This document shows positions 35,411 to 45,301 of a stretch of DNA of 64,000 nt, one piece after another. Source of the DNA: Fastidiosipila sp. (lineage in GTDB: Bacteria; Bacillota; Clostridia; Saccharofermentanales; DTU023); assembly GCA_012511175.1 (NCBI GenBank), contig JAAZGO010000026.1:9073-73072 (forward strand), written 5' to 3'. The position numbers and the translations under genes are program-made. The first letter of the stretch is position 1. The number at the start of each line of letters is the position of its first letter. The notes below the pieces were generated by a model, which saw nothing but the letters and a program-made list of their open reading frames with translations, did no database searches and was not told where the DNA came from.

Positions 35411-36025
35411 CTAGACCGCGGCCATCCGGGACAGGGCACGGCGCAGGAGGCTTTCAACCGTGTCGGATTCATCATGGCCCGCCCGCCGGACGGCATCCAG
35501 GGCTTCTGCATTGCTATAGCCCAGCACCATCAGGGCAGCCACTGTCTCGCCGGCAATCCCTCCTGCCTGAGAGGCGGGGGGCGCACCCGGAAGCTGCCTC
35601 GTTTCGGAAATTTCCACCCCCGTTTTTTTCAGTTTATCGGTCAATTCCAGAATCATTCGCGCCGCGCCTTTTTTCCCGATCCCCTTGACACGGGTCAGGC
35701 GGTCGGCGTCGCCCTGCAGAATGGCCAGGGCAAAAGCATCCGGGCTCAGGGTGCCTACCACTTGTAAAGCCAGTTTGGGGCCGACACCGCTGACCGTCTG
35801 AACCAGGATAAACAAATTCTTCTCTTCCTCATTGAAGAATCCAAACAGGCCCATCTCATTCTCGCGGACATGGAGATGGGTGTGGAGAGTCACTGTCTGG
35901 CCTGCCGGGGGCAGTGAAGCGATCAGGCCGGGCGCCATTTCTATCTGAAAACCGATCCCCCCCTGCTCAAGGATGATGAATTCCTCCGCTTTTTTGACAA
36001 TCCGGCCTGTAATGCTGGCAATCAT
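35411..36025 (-). CDS. ruvA: Holliday junction DNA-binding protein RuvA
   Basis: MIASITGRIVKK... and HhH motifs (VSGVGPKLAL, VKGIGKKGAARM). ATG 36025 follows GGGAG. Confidence 0.9.
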   Translation of the reverse strand: MIASITGRIVKKAEEFIILEQGGIGFQIEMAPGLIASLPPAGQTVTLHTHLHVRENEMGLFGFFNEEEKNLFILVQTVSGVGPKLALQVVGTLSPDAFALAILQGDADRLTRVKGIGKKGAARMILELTDKLKKTGVEISETRQLPGAPPASQAGGIAGETVAALMVLGYSNAEALDAVRRAGHDESDTVESLLRRALSRMAAV

Positions 36026-36038
36026 GGTGTACTCCCTG

Positions 36039-36542
36039 TTACTGGTATCCGCCGACCGCCAGGCTGCTGTCCCGGTTACCCGAGTGCGCGTGGCAGATGG
36101 CGACGGCAAGCGCGTCGGCCGCATCGTCCGGTCTTGGCATCTTTCTTAAGCCAAGCAGAACCCGGACCATCTCCTGGATCTGCTTCTTTTCTGCCCTGCC
36201 ATAACCGGTCACTGCCACCTTGACCTGGATCGGCGTGTATTCATAGACGGGAAGGCCGGCACGTGCCGCCGCGACAACGGCAACTCCCCGCGCCTGGGCT
36301 GTTCCCATGGCAGTCGTTGTATTGCGGCTGAAAAACAATTCCTCAACAGCGAAACAATCGGGCCTGTGGCGGTCACTCAGCTCAGCCAATGCCTGGTCGA
36401 TGGCCAGCAGTCTCTCAGGGAAGGAGGTGTGGGCGTCAGTTTTGATGACACCGTAATCGAGTGCCCGGAGCCGCTTATTTTCGCAGAGGATGACACCGAA
36501 CCCCGTGATGGCGTAGCCAGGGTCAATGCCCAGAATGATCAC
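36039..36542 (-). CDS. ruvC: crossover junction endodeoxyribonuclease RuvC
   Basis: MIILGIDPGYAITGFGVI, with C-terminal DAADALAVAICH. Confidence 0.9.
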   Translation of the reverse strand: MIILGIDPGYAITGFGVILCENKRLRALDYGVIKTDAHTSFPERLLAIDQALAELSDRHRPDCFAVEELFFSRNTTTAMGTAQARGVAVVAAARAGLPVYEYTPIQVKVAVTGYGRAEKKQIQEMVRVLLGLRKMPRPDDAADALAVAICHAHSGNRDSSLAVGGYQ

Positions 36543-36585
36543 CTCAACACCTCCGATGTTTCCTGCCGGCCCGGGCCGGCAAGGA

Positions 36586-37584
36586 CTAGCTCTCCATAAA
36601 CGCGTGCAGGGCCCTGATATTTTTCACCCAGTCGATGTCGTACATTTCCATGCCCCTGATGATCTTCTTGGCGTCATAAGTTTCGAGCGGCAGCATGAGC
36701 TGATCGAAAGAATAGGTGCTGTAGCTCCCGACGCCCAGAATCAGGTTCATCATCTCACCGTCGGTCAGATTGGTTTTGACCTCAGGCATCAGGGCCTCGA
36801 CCGTTTCGGTCAATTTCCCGACATCGCTGCCCTTCATCTTGTTGAAGAGCGCCATGATGACTTTGCGCTGACGCTCCATCCGCTTGAAATCGGAATCCAG
36901 TTTCCTGATTCTGGAATAGTCAAGAGCGGCTTTGCCATTCAGGAGCTGGGGCCCCGACTGAAATGACCCGGCACCGATACTGGTCAAATAGTTGGCCTCG
37001 CTTGACGTCAAATCGATGGTGACGCCGCCGACCTTGTCAATGGCCTTGACAAAACCGGAAAAATCGGTGGCGATATAACGCGAAACATCCACCCTGAAGT
37101 TGCGCTGAACTGTTTTCATCAAGAGCCTGGGACCTCCCCAGGTATGGGCTGCGTTCAGCATGTAGTTCGAAGAATAATTTTTTCTGTAGGCCGGATCCGG
37201 GTCGTTCGGGATACTGACATAAATGGCCCGCATCAGGGAGGTCAGGTGAAAAGACCGGGTCTTCCTGTTAATGGTCAAAAGCATCATGGCGTCTGAACGC
37301 CCGTGTGCGTTGGGGTCCCGGGTGTCCGATCCGATGATTAGAATACTGGTGATTTCTTTATTTTGTAAAACAGGAATCCTCATCCCCTCCTTCATGTTGG
37401 GAGGGGCATCGATCCCGGAAAGATCCGTCTCAATCTTGATATCGCCGATCCGGTCATAATCACGAAGACCGATAATAAAGTAGAGATAACCGAAGGCAGA
37501 GGCCGCTGCGGCCAAGACAAGCCCCGTGAGGATGCCCGCCACGGAAACCAAGAGTTTCCTATTCCCGGATTTTTCTTTTACCAT
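36586..37584 (-). CDS. LCP (LytR-CpsA-Psr) family protein
   Basis: TM anchor, then ILIIGSDTRD...GRSDAMMLLTINRKT. Confidence 0.85.
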   Translation of the reverse strand: MVKEKSGNRKLLVSVAGILTGLVLAAAASAFGYLYFIIGLRDYDRIGDIKIETDLSGIDAPPNMKEGMRIPVLQNKEITSILIIGSDTRDPNAHGRSDAMMLLTINRKTRSFHLTSLMRAIYVSIPNDPDPAYRKNYSSNYMLNAAHTWGGPRLLMKTVQRNFRVDVSRYIATDFSGFVKAIDKVGGVTIDLTSSEANYLTSIGAGSFQSGPQLLNGKAALDYSRIRKLDSDFKRMERQRKVIMALFNKMKGSDVGKLTETVEALMPEVKTNLTDGEMMNLILGVGSYSTYSFDQLMLPLETYDAKKIIRGMEMYDIDWVKNIRALHAFMES

Positions 37585-37659
37585 AGCTTGATTATATCCT
37601 ACTAACCTGAAAAAACGGCAGGATAACTGCCGTCCAAGGGATAGTCAGAGCAAAGACCC

Positions 37660-37920
37660 TCAAGCGTCGAGCGGCTTGACACGCGCGATGCGGGATTTTC
37701 TTCTGGCAGCTGTATTTTTGGCGATCAGTCCGTCCGCAACGGCCCGGTCCATTTTCGCCTGAACCGTACGAGCCAGCTCCTCCGCCTCTGGAAGGCCCTG
37801 TTCCCGTGCAGCAATCGCCTTCTTGACCAGGGTCCGAAGCTCACTGCGCCTGTTTTTATTGGCAGCAGCTTTCGCCTGAGACGACCGCACACGTTTCATG
37901 GATGATTTAATATTGGGCAC
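37660..37920 (-). CDS. rpsT: 30S ribosomal protein S20
   Basis: GTG 37920, 8 nt after AGGAGG. (M)PNIKSSMKRVRSSQAKAAANKNRRSELRT. Confidence 0.9.
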   Translation of the reverse strand: MPNIKSSMKRVRSSQAKAAANKNRRSELRTLVKKAIAAREQGLPEAEELARTVQAKMDRAVADGLIAKNTAARRKSRIARVKPLDA

Positions 37921-38076
37921 GCTTGTTTCCTCCTGCGTCACGATGGGTTCGATGAACAAGGCGTATTCTAACACGGCCGGCAAGAAAGGCGCAAGTCATG
38001 GAACCGGTGTGCCGACCGAAAGGTTCCTGGCCCCGACAAAAGAGACGGGTGAATCGGGCACAGAACTCCCTGCTCT

Positions 38077-38637
38077 TCACCGCTTCCTGTAGTCTTCCGC
38101 CAAAATGGCGTAATAGCAGGCATCCGGGAATTGACCGTCCGGCTTGTAGATGGACTGGCGGTGCAGGCCTTCATACTGCATGCCACATTTTTTCATGACA
38201 TCTCCCGAGTGGGTGTTTGCCGGTTCATGGCAGGACTCAATCCGGTTGACGCCCACCTCCTCGAAAAAGAAGCGGATCAGTTCGGCAAGAGCCTCCGATA
38301 CGTAGCCCTGATGCCACCAGGGCTTGCCGATGCAGTAGCCGATGTGGACCAGGCGGATATTCTCCCGGCCTTCCACCACCGCAATGCTGCCAATCAGAGT
38401 TTCGCTGTCCTTGATCTCGATGCCCCAGCTGTAGTAATTTTTGAAGTCATAGCTGTTGACCCAGGTTCTGAGAATTTCCCTGGTCTCTTCGATATTGACG
38501 TGTGGTTCCCACGACAGATATTTCGTCACTTCAGGGTCGCTGGCCCAATTCTTGAACATGGCCTCGGCGTCAGCGACAGTAAAACGGCGAAGGATCAGCC
38601 TTTCGGTTTCAAGCCTGACCGTTCCTTTGTGTACCAT
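38077..38637 (-). CDS. GNAT family N-acetyltransferase (RimJ/RimL-like)
   Basis: LETERLILRRFTVADAEAMFKNWASDPEVTKYL, with an acetyl-CoA motif region. Confidence 0.8.
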   Translation of the reverse strand: MVHKGTVRLETERLILRRFTVADAEAMFKNWASDPEVTKYLSWEPHVNIEETREILRTWVNSYDFKNYYSWGIEIKDSETLIGSIAVVEGRENIRLVHIGYCIGKPWWHQGYVSEALAELIRFFFEEVGVNRIESCHEPANTHSGDVMKKCGMQYEGLHRQSIYKPDGQFPDACYYAILAEDYRKR

Positions 38638-38739
38638 TAACCCTCATCTCCCCGCTTTTTATATCTCATGTTATCATTGATTGTTAATGCAATCGCGGTG
38701 ACTGATAGACTTCAGGCACCTTAACCATAGGAGTCATTG

Positions 38740-40455
38740 ATGAATCGTAAAAAAAAGGAAGAAACAGAAACCAGGACAAAAAAAGAAACTGAAGCAAAAC
38801 TGCGCGTGATTCCGCTGGGCGGCATGCGTGAAATAGGGAAAAACATGACCGTATTCGAATATGGTGACGATCTGATCGTCATTGACTGCGGCATGGCCTT
38901 CCCGGATACCCGGATGCCGGGAATTGACGTCATCATCCCCGATTTTACCTATCTGCGCAAGAATCGGGACAAATTCCGGGGGATTTTGATTACACACGGC
39001 CATGAAGATCATATCGGCGCCCTGCCCTGGCTGCTCAAGGAATTCGATGTCCCCGTCTACGCGACACCCATGTCCATGAAACTGATCGAGATCAAACTGG
39101 ACAACACCCGTCCCAAGGTGGAAAGCAAAAAACTTCAGACGGTGCGGGCCGGCGATACACTTGCGATTGGCGCCTTCGAGATTGAATTCATTCATGTCAA
39201 TCATTCGATCGCCGACGCCGTCTCCATTGCCCTGACAAGTCCTGTGGGGACTGTCTTCTTCACCGGAGATTTCAAGGTTGACTATACGCCGACCACGGTG
39301 GATCCCATCGACCTGGGAAAGATCGCAGAAATCGGCAACCGCGGCGTCCTTGCCCTGATCTCCGAGAGCACCAACGCTGAGCGGCCCGGCCACTCCTTGT
39401 CGGAGAGAGAGGTCGGGAAAGCCTTCAAGGAAATCTTTTCCGAGGCGGAGGGGCGGATCATTGTAGCCACCTTCTCCTCCAACGTCTTCCGCCTGCAGCA
39501 GGTTATCTCGAATGCCGAGTCAGCGGGCCGCAAGGTCCTCATTTTGGGCCGCAGCATGCTGAATGTCTTTGAGGCGGCCAAGAGCCTGGGCTATCTCACT
39601 TACAAACCGGCTACCATCATGGATATCCAGAGCATCGACAGTTTTCCGCCCCAGGAAATTGTCATCCTGGCAACGGGCAGCCAGGGTGAACCCATGTCGG
39701 CCCTGTCGCGTCTGGCTTATTCGGAACACCACAGCACTGAAATTATGGAGGGCGATACGGTCATCCTTTCCTCCAGCATGATCCCCGGCAATGAGGAGGC
39801 CATCTACCGTGTCGTCAACGAGCTTTTCATGAAAGGGGCCCAGGTTATCTATGAGTCACTGTCGGAGGTCCACGCCTCAGGCCACGCCTGCCAGGATGAG
39901 TTGAAACAGATCCTGACCCTGACCCGTCCACGGTATTTCATCCCGTCGCACGGTGAGTTCCGTATGCTCTACCGACACGCGGAATTGGCCAGCCGGATGG
40001 GCATTCCCAATGACAGGATCGCGCTCGCGAAAAATGGCGACATCCTGGAATTTTCAAAAGACGGCCGCCTGACTTTTGCCGGCTACACCGAAGGCGCCGG
40101 CGTCCTGATTGACGGGTCGGGCATGGGGGATGTCGACCAGTACGTACTGAACGACCGTCTCCGCCTGGCAGAGGAGGGAGTTGTGGCAGTCACCATCGTC
40201 ATCGATGCCCATGCCAACCGCCTTTACGGCGACCCCGTTGTCCAGGCCAAGGGTTTCATCTATGAGAGCGAAATGAAACACGTCGTCGAATTATGCCAGG
40301 AGCGGGTCAAGGAAATCGCCCATGACCTCTGGGAGAAGAAAAAGCCGCTTGGTGTTCATATGACGTCAGATGACGTGAGCGACAAGATTCAGAAGACCCT
40401 CTTTGAACTGACCCGGAGAAGGCCGGTCGTCATGGTCGCAGTCACCACCGTCTAG
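38740..40455 (+). CDS. rnj: ribonuclease J
   Basis: LRVIPLGGMREIGKNMTVFEY, ITHGHEDHIG and a beta-CASP region. ATG 38740 lies 6 nt after TAGGAG. Confidence 0.9.
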   Translation: MNRKKKEETETRTKKETEAKLRVIPLGGMREIGKNMTVFEYGDDLIVIDCGMAFPDTRMPGIDVIIPDFTYLRKNRDKFRGILITHGHEDHIGALPWLLKEFDVPVYATPMSMKLIEIKLDNTRPKVESKKLQTVRAGDTLAIGAFEIEFIHVNHSIADAVSIALTSPVGTVFFTGDFKVDYTPTTVDPIDLGKIAEIGNRGVLALISESTNAERPGHSLSEREVGKAFKEIFSEAEGRIIVATFSSNVFRLQQVISNAESAGRKVLILGRSMLNVFEAAKSLGYLTYKPATIMDIQSIDSFPPQEIVILATGSQGEPMSALSRLAYSEHHSTEIMEGDTVILSSSMIPGNEEAIYRVVNELFMKGAQVIYESLSEVHASGHACQDELKQILTLTRPRYFIPSHGEFRMLYRHAELASRMGIPNDRIALAKNGDILEFSKDGRLTFAGYTEGAGVLIDGSGMGDVDQYVLNDRLRLAEEGVVAVTIVIDAHANRLYGDPVVQAKGFIYESEMKHVVELCQERVKEIAHDLWEKKKPLGVHMTSDDVSDKIQKTLFELTRRRPVVMVAVTTV

Positions 40456-40456
40456 G

Positions 40457-42805
40457 TCAGTTGTGACCGCGTGAAACGCTGACGACACTGTCAATGGCCT
40501 TGATCCGGCCCACCAGTTTGTCATACTGTTCCTGGTTTTCGATTTCAACGGTGAGAAGAAGATTGGCGCTGATATCGCGGGCCGAGGATATTCGGGCCGA
40601 CTGGACCGAAATCTGTTCGTCAGCGATGGCAGCAGATATTTCCGCCAGCAGGTTGGTCCGGTCACGGGCAATAATCCGGATATCGACGGGGTAGACCCGG
40701 TGTGATTCTGACGACTGGGTAGTCCACTCGACATCAATCAACCGCGAGGCGCGTTCAGCATCCTCCGGTGACCGGTCGAAGGAGTTCAGGATATTGCGGA
40801 TATTGGGACAGTCAATCCGGTGGATGGCCACCCCCATGCCCCGCGTCACATAGCCGATGATCTGGTCCCCCGGCACCGGATTGCAGCACCGTGACATCTT
40901 GAGCAAGGCGTTGTCAAGGCCCCGGACTTTGACGGGGATCACGGGCTGCTTCCGGGGCTTCTTCTTAACTGCCTTCTTCGGGTCCTTGTCGAGGATCAGG
41001 GCCTCGCTCACCAGCAGATTGGGCGGGTTGTGAATGACCTGGCCCGACTTGGAAACACGGTAGCCCAGCTTGACTCTTTCATCTTCCGGCAGAGAAGTGA
41101 TGTAAGCATCCCGAAGCTTTGGAACGACACGTCCTGCGGGCAGGCCTCCGTAGCCGACTCCGGCCAGCAGGTCGTCGAGCGAATGGATGGAGTAGCGTTT
41201 CAGGATGGGCGTATAAAACTCTTTTTTAAGCAGGTCTGATGGGTGAAATCCAAGTTTTTGGACCTCGCGGTCCAGGAGTTCACGTCCCCTGGCAATATTC
41301 TCATCACGCCTTTCGCGCTTGAACCAGGAGGAAATTTTATTGCGGGCCGTTCCGCTCTTAACGATGTTGAGCCAGTCGCGCGAGGGTCCCCGGACCCGGT
41401 CTGAGGTCAGAATTTCGACAATATCCCCGTTTTTCAGCTCGTAGGTCAGGGAAACCATGCGGCCGTTGACTTTGGCCCCATACATGGAATTACCGATATC
41501 ACTGTGGATATGATAGGCAAAATCAACCGGCACAGCCCCGGACGGCAGCGAGATCACCTTGCCCATGGGAGTGAAGACAAAGACTTCCTCGGGAATCAAA
41601 CCTTCCTTCAAAGCGTCCATGTAATCATGGGCGTCACTCATGTCGCTTTGCCATTCGAGGAGCTGGCGGAGCCAGGAAAGGCGGATCTCAAAGACATCCT
41701 GCTTTTTCTCAGTCGAGCCTTCCTTGTAACGCCAGTGGGCTGCGATCCCGTATTCAGCTGTCCGGTGCATCTCCTCGGTCCGGATTTGAACCTCAAAAGG
41801 AATTCCCCGGTGGCCGATAACGGTCGTGTGAAGGGACTGGTAACCATTGCTCTTGGGCATGGCAATGTAATCCCGAAACCGCCCGGGAATAGGCTTGTAA
41901 AGCTCATGGACCAGGCCCAGGACAGCATAGCATTCGCTTACGGTGGGCACGACAATCCGGGTGGCAAACAGGTCGTAAATCTCATCGAGCTGCTTGACCT
42001 GGGTTTTCATCTTGCGGTAGATGCTGTAGAAGTGCTTGGGGCGGCCCTCGATTTCCGCCGCGATGCCCATGGCTGCGATCTTGACAGTCAGCTCTTCCGT
42101 GATTTCTTTCAGGTATTCTTCCCGGTCGGAGCGGCGCTGGGACAGCATGCCGACCAGTTCATAGTAGGCATCGGGGTCCAGATAACGCAGGCTCAGATCC
42201 TCCAGCTCCCACTTGACCCGATGAATGCCAAGGCGGGCGGCCAGCGGCGCGTAGATGTCCAGGGTTTCCCGCGCAGTCGCGATCTGTTTGTCAGGCTCCT
42301 TGAACTTCATGGTGCGCATGTTGTGCAACCGGTCGGCCAGCTTGATCAGGACGACCCGGATATCTTTGGCCATGGCCAGAAACATCTTGCGGAAGTTTTG
42401 CGCCTGCATCTCCTCTTTCGAAGAATAGGAGATCCGTGACAATTTGGTCACACCGTCGACCAGCTCGGCAACGTCGTTCCCCAAAACTTCCCTGATGTCT
42501 TCCAGGGTCACCGGCGTGTCTTCAACCGTATCATGGACCAGGGCTGAAGCCAGTGTATGGTCATCGACCAGGCCCAGATCGAATAGAATTTTCATGGCGG
42601 CGACCGGATGGATGATGTAGGGCTCCCCTGTCGCGCGAAACTGATGCCGGTGGGCTTCTTTCGCCAGTTTGTAAGCATCCCTGAGCAGAGTAGCCTCATC
42701 CTGGTGGGCCGCCTTTTTCCAGTCTTCGATGAAACGGTCCATCTCGGCATCCGTTTTTGCCAGCATTTCAAGCTGCTCGGCTGTATAGGCGATCGGCCCG
42801 GTCAT
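40457..42805 (-). CDS. relA: bifunctional (p)ppGpp synthetase/hydrolase (RelA/SpoT homolog)
   Basis: 782 aa. HD domain (HDTVEDT), a synthetase domain (YKPIPGRFRDYIAMPKSNGYQSLHT), and TGS and ACT domains. Confidence 0.95.
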   Translation of the reverse strand: MTGPIAYTAEQLEMLAKTDAEMDRFIEDWKKAAHQDEATLLRDAYKLAKEAHRHQFRATGEPYIIHPVAAMKILFDLGLVDDHTLASALVHDTVEDTPVTLEDIREVLGNDVAELVDGVTKLSRISYSSKEEMQAQNFRKMFLAMAKDIRVVLIKLADRLHNMRTMKFKEPDKQIATARETLDIYAPLAARLGIHRVKWELEDLSLRYLDPDAYYELVGMLSQRRSDREEYLKEITEELTVKIAAMGIAAEIEGRPKHFYSIYRKMKTQVKQLDEIYDLFATRIVVPTVSECYAVLGLVHELYKPIPGRFRDYIAMPKSNGYQSLHTTVIGHRGIPFEVQIRTEEMHRTAEYGIAAHWRYKEGSTEKKQDVFEIRLSWLRQLLEWQSDMSDAHDYMDALKEGLIPEEVFVFTPMGKVISLPSGAVPVDFAYHIHSDIGNSMYGAKVNGRMVSLTYELKNGDIVEILTSDRVRGPSRDWLNIVKSGTARNKISSWFKRERRDENIARGRELLDREVQKLGFHPSDLLKKEFYTPILKRYSIHSLDDLLAGVGYGGLPAGRVVPKLRDAYITSLPEDERVKLGYRVSKSGQVIHNPPNLLVSEALILDKDPKKAVKKKPRKQPVIPVKVRGLDNALLKMSRCCNPVPGDQIIGYVTRGMGVAIHRIDCPNIRNILNSFDRSPEDAERASRLIDVEWTTQSSESHRVYPVDIRIIARDRTNLLAEISAAIADEQISVQSARISSARDISANLLLTVEIENQEQYDKLVGRIKAIDSVVSVSRGHN

Positions 42806-44919
42806 TCAACAATTACCCCCAGCTCTTTCAATTTCCCCCAAAGATGTGAATCTGACAGAGCCGGCCTTTTTCCTCCCTGTTCCAGTTTTGTGCAGGTGAA
42901 GCTCCCGTCCCCGTTATCCTTCAGGAGGACAAGACCGGCTTCATCCAAGATGGCAAGTGCCAACAGAAGCTCAGGAGCTCTCACCCCTCTATTATAACGG
43001 TGTGATAAAAGCCATGCCAGACGGACGGGAAGAAAGGTGATCTGAGGGCACCGACCGCCGCAAAGCGCTTCCATTGTCTGCCAAAGGGGTCCGAACAGGG
43101 AAGAGGACAGGGACAGACTGCCTCCTTCCAACCTGCCCCTTTCTGTCCACTGGCGGTATTCCCTGACCGCCTGCTCATTGATTTGCTGGTGGCGGCCGGG
43201 CCGGATTTCAATCAACCTCATTTGGATCGTTTCCTTGTCACGCCAGCGGTTGATCTCGGGGATGGCCATGATTTCGACCCGGTCCCCGGGGGAATAGAAT
43301 ACCCCTTCATTGCTGCGGTTGAATAAAAGCGCATCGAAGACCCGGGCTGAGGGATCGCTTGTCCGCAAGCTGAATTTAAGGTGCCGGCCGTCGCTCACGA
43401 AAGTCATCTCATCAACAGTCAAATCTTCCATACAGATGAGAGGCCGTTCAAAACCGCTCCCTGTCGGCTCCAAGGCATCAAACTGGCGGACCAGGCCGAT
43501 CTCAAACTGATCACCTGTCAGGGCAATATCGGCCAGAAGCGGTTTTTGGCGGACAGACCGGGGGATCGCTTCGACGGCCTCCGTAATCTGTCTGCGGAAA
43601 GCCTGCAGGTTCTCGGCCCTGAGCGTCAGCCCGGCAGCACCTGCGTGGCCGCCGAATTTTTCCAGGAGAGGTGCGGCGGATCGGATGACCTCAAGCAGAT
43701 CGAGATTGCCGAAGGAACGCGCGGAACCGGTCAGGATCCCCTCCTCATCTTCATTCAGGGTGATGGCGGGAACACGCAGTTTTTCAGCCAGCCGTGAACT
43801 GACGATACCCATGACTCCTGCGTGCCAATTACGGCCAACGGCAAGGGCCACGGAAGCGGCTCCGCCGGCTGATTCAAGTGCTGCCTCGATTGCCTGTGAA
43901 AAAATTTCCTGCTCAACCAGCCGTCGCTGCTGATTCAGCCTGTCAAGTTCGCCGGCCAGGTAATCAGCTCTTTCCGGGTCGTCTTCCAGAAGAAGATCCA
44001 AGGCCAGCCTGACATCTCCCATCCTGCCGGCCGCGTTCAGGCGGGGTGCCAGCGAAAAGGCGATGTCACGGGCCATCAGCTCCCTGCCGGTCCGCACAAG
44101 ACGGTCAACGGCCTTCAAGCCCTGGGGCGCAAACTTTTCAAATTCCTTCAGCCCTTCCCGGACCAGGATCCGGTTGGCATCAACGAGCGGCATAACATCC
44201 GCGACCGTGCCGACTGAGGCCAGGACCAGCAAGCCTGGACGGGAATCCGCCACCCTGCCCAGTTTCCTGTCAAGGGCCAGTGTCAACATAAAGGCGACCC
44301 CGGCACCTGACAGATGGCGGAAAGGATAGGTTTCGCCGGCCAGTGCCGGGTTGATAAGGGGCACCCCTGTCCAGCCGCCGCCACTCGTTTCCAGATGGTG
44401 GTCAGTCACAATGACGTCGATGCCCCTCCCCTTGAGGTCCCTGATCAATTCCGGGGAGGAGGTGCCCGTGTCGACTGTGATGACCAGACCGGGCCGGTGC
44501 AGCTCTATCTCGTCCACCAGCGCTTCCGAGAGGCCGTAGCCATCATCAAAGCGGTCAGGGATCAGGATGTCCGGCTGATGGCCCAGCTCGGCAAAATACC
44601 TTGCCAGCAGGGCGGCGGCCGTCAGTCCATCAGCATCGTAATCACCGAAAATGAGAAAGCGGGGCTGCTGCTTTTCCAGATGTGTCCCGATTAAATCACA
44701 GGCATCCGCCATGGAACGGAAGAGAAAAGGGTCCGGCAGATCTTTCAAGGCAGCGTGAAAGAGCTGGTTGCGTTTCTCCTCGGTATCAAATCCCCTGGCT
44801 TCCAAAATCCGCTGCAGAACCGTCCGGTCCCCGCCGGATGAAACAGTGCTCTCCGCCACTTTCCAGGGAACCGGCATCAGCCAGTTCAACAACTCCTGCT
44901 TGCTAATCTCCTGCTGCAT
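42802..44919 (-). CDS. recJ: single-stranded-DNA-specific exonuclease RecJ
   Basis: FGDYDADGLTA, VTDHH and GGHAGAAG (DHH/DHHA1). 705 aa with a C-terminal extension. Confidence 0.9.
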   Translation of the reverse strand: MQQEISKQELLNWLMPVPWKVAESTVSSGGDRTVLQRILEARGFDTEEKRNQLFHAALKDLPDPFLFRSMADACDLIGTHLEKQQPRFLIFGDYDADGLTAAALLARYFAELGHQPDILIPDRFDDGYGLSEALVDEIELHRPGLVITVDTGTSSPELIRDLKGRGIDVIVTDHHLETSGGGWTGVPLINPALAGETYPFRHLSGAGVAFMLTLALDRKLGRVADSRPGLLVLASVGTVADVMPLVDANRILVREGLKEFEKFAPQGLKAVDRLVRTGRELMARDIAFSLAPRLNAAGRMGDVRLALDLLLEDDPERADYLAGELDRLNQQRRLVEQEIFSQAIEAALESAGGAASVALAVGRNWHAGVMGIVSSRLAEKLRVPAITLNEDEEGILTGSARSFGNLDLLEVIRSAAPLLEKFGGHAGAAGLTLRAENLQAFRRQITEAVEAIPRSVRQKPLLADIALTGDQFEIGLVRQFDALEPTGSGFERPLICMEDLTVDEMTFVSDGRHLKFSLRTSDPSARVFDALLFNRSNEGVFYSPGDRVEIMAIPEINRWRDKETIQMRLIEIRPGRHQQINEQAVREYRQWTERGRLEGGSLSLSSSLFGPLWQTMEALCGGRCPQITFLPVRLAWLLSHRYNRGVRAPELLLALAILDEAGLVLLKDNGDGSFTCTKLEQGGKRPALSDSHLWGKLKELGVIVE

Positions 44920-45003
44920 GGAATCTTTGTCCTGCTTTCTCTTCCATAGAAAAGAGGCCCGCTGTCAGGCACAACGAACCTCTTACTTGTCTTCCTTGAA
45001 AAA

Positions 45004-45177
45004 TCAGCGCTTGCGCTTTCTGGCGGCTTCGGCTTTTTTCTTGCGTTTAACACTGGGTTTTTCATAGTGTTCGCGTTTGCGCACTTCAGCCAGCACACCG
45101 GAACGGGCGCAGGAACGCTTGAAACGTCTCAGCGCACTGTCCAGGGATTCATTTTCCTTTACACGAATCTCCGTCAA
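45004..45177 (-). CDS. rpsU: 30S ribosomal protein S21
   Basis: TTG 45177 after GGAGGG. (M)[26 protein letters not shown]. Confidence 0.9.
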   Translation of the reverse strand: MTEIRVKENESLDSALRRFKRSCARSGVLAEVRKREHYEKPSVKRKKKAEAARKRKR

Positions 45178-45301
45178 CCTTATCCCTCCCCTCACAGTGG
45201 ACTCTGAGCAACCCAACAGGATTCACAGTTCCCGAGTAGTATACAATGAAGGTGACTCGAACGTCAAATAAAGGGCGCTGGGAAAGCGCAATCGGAGGAG
45301 C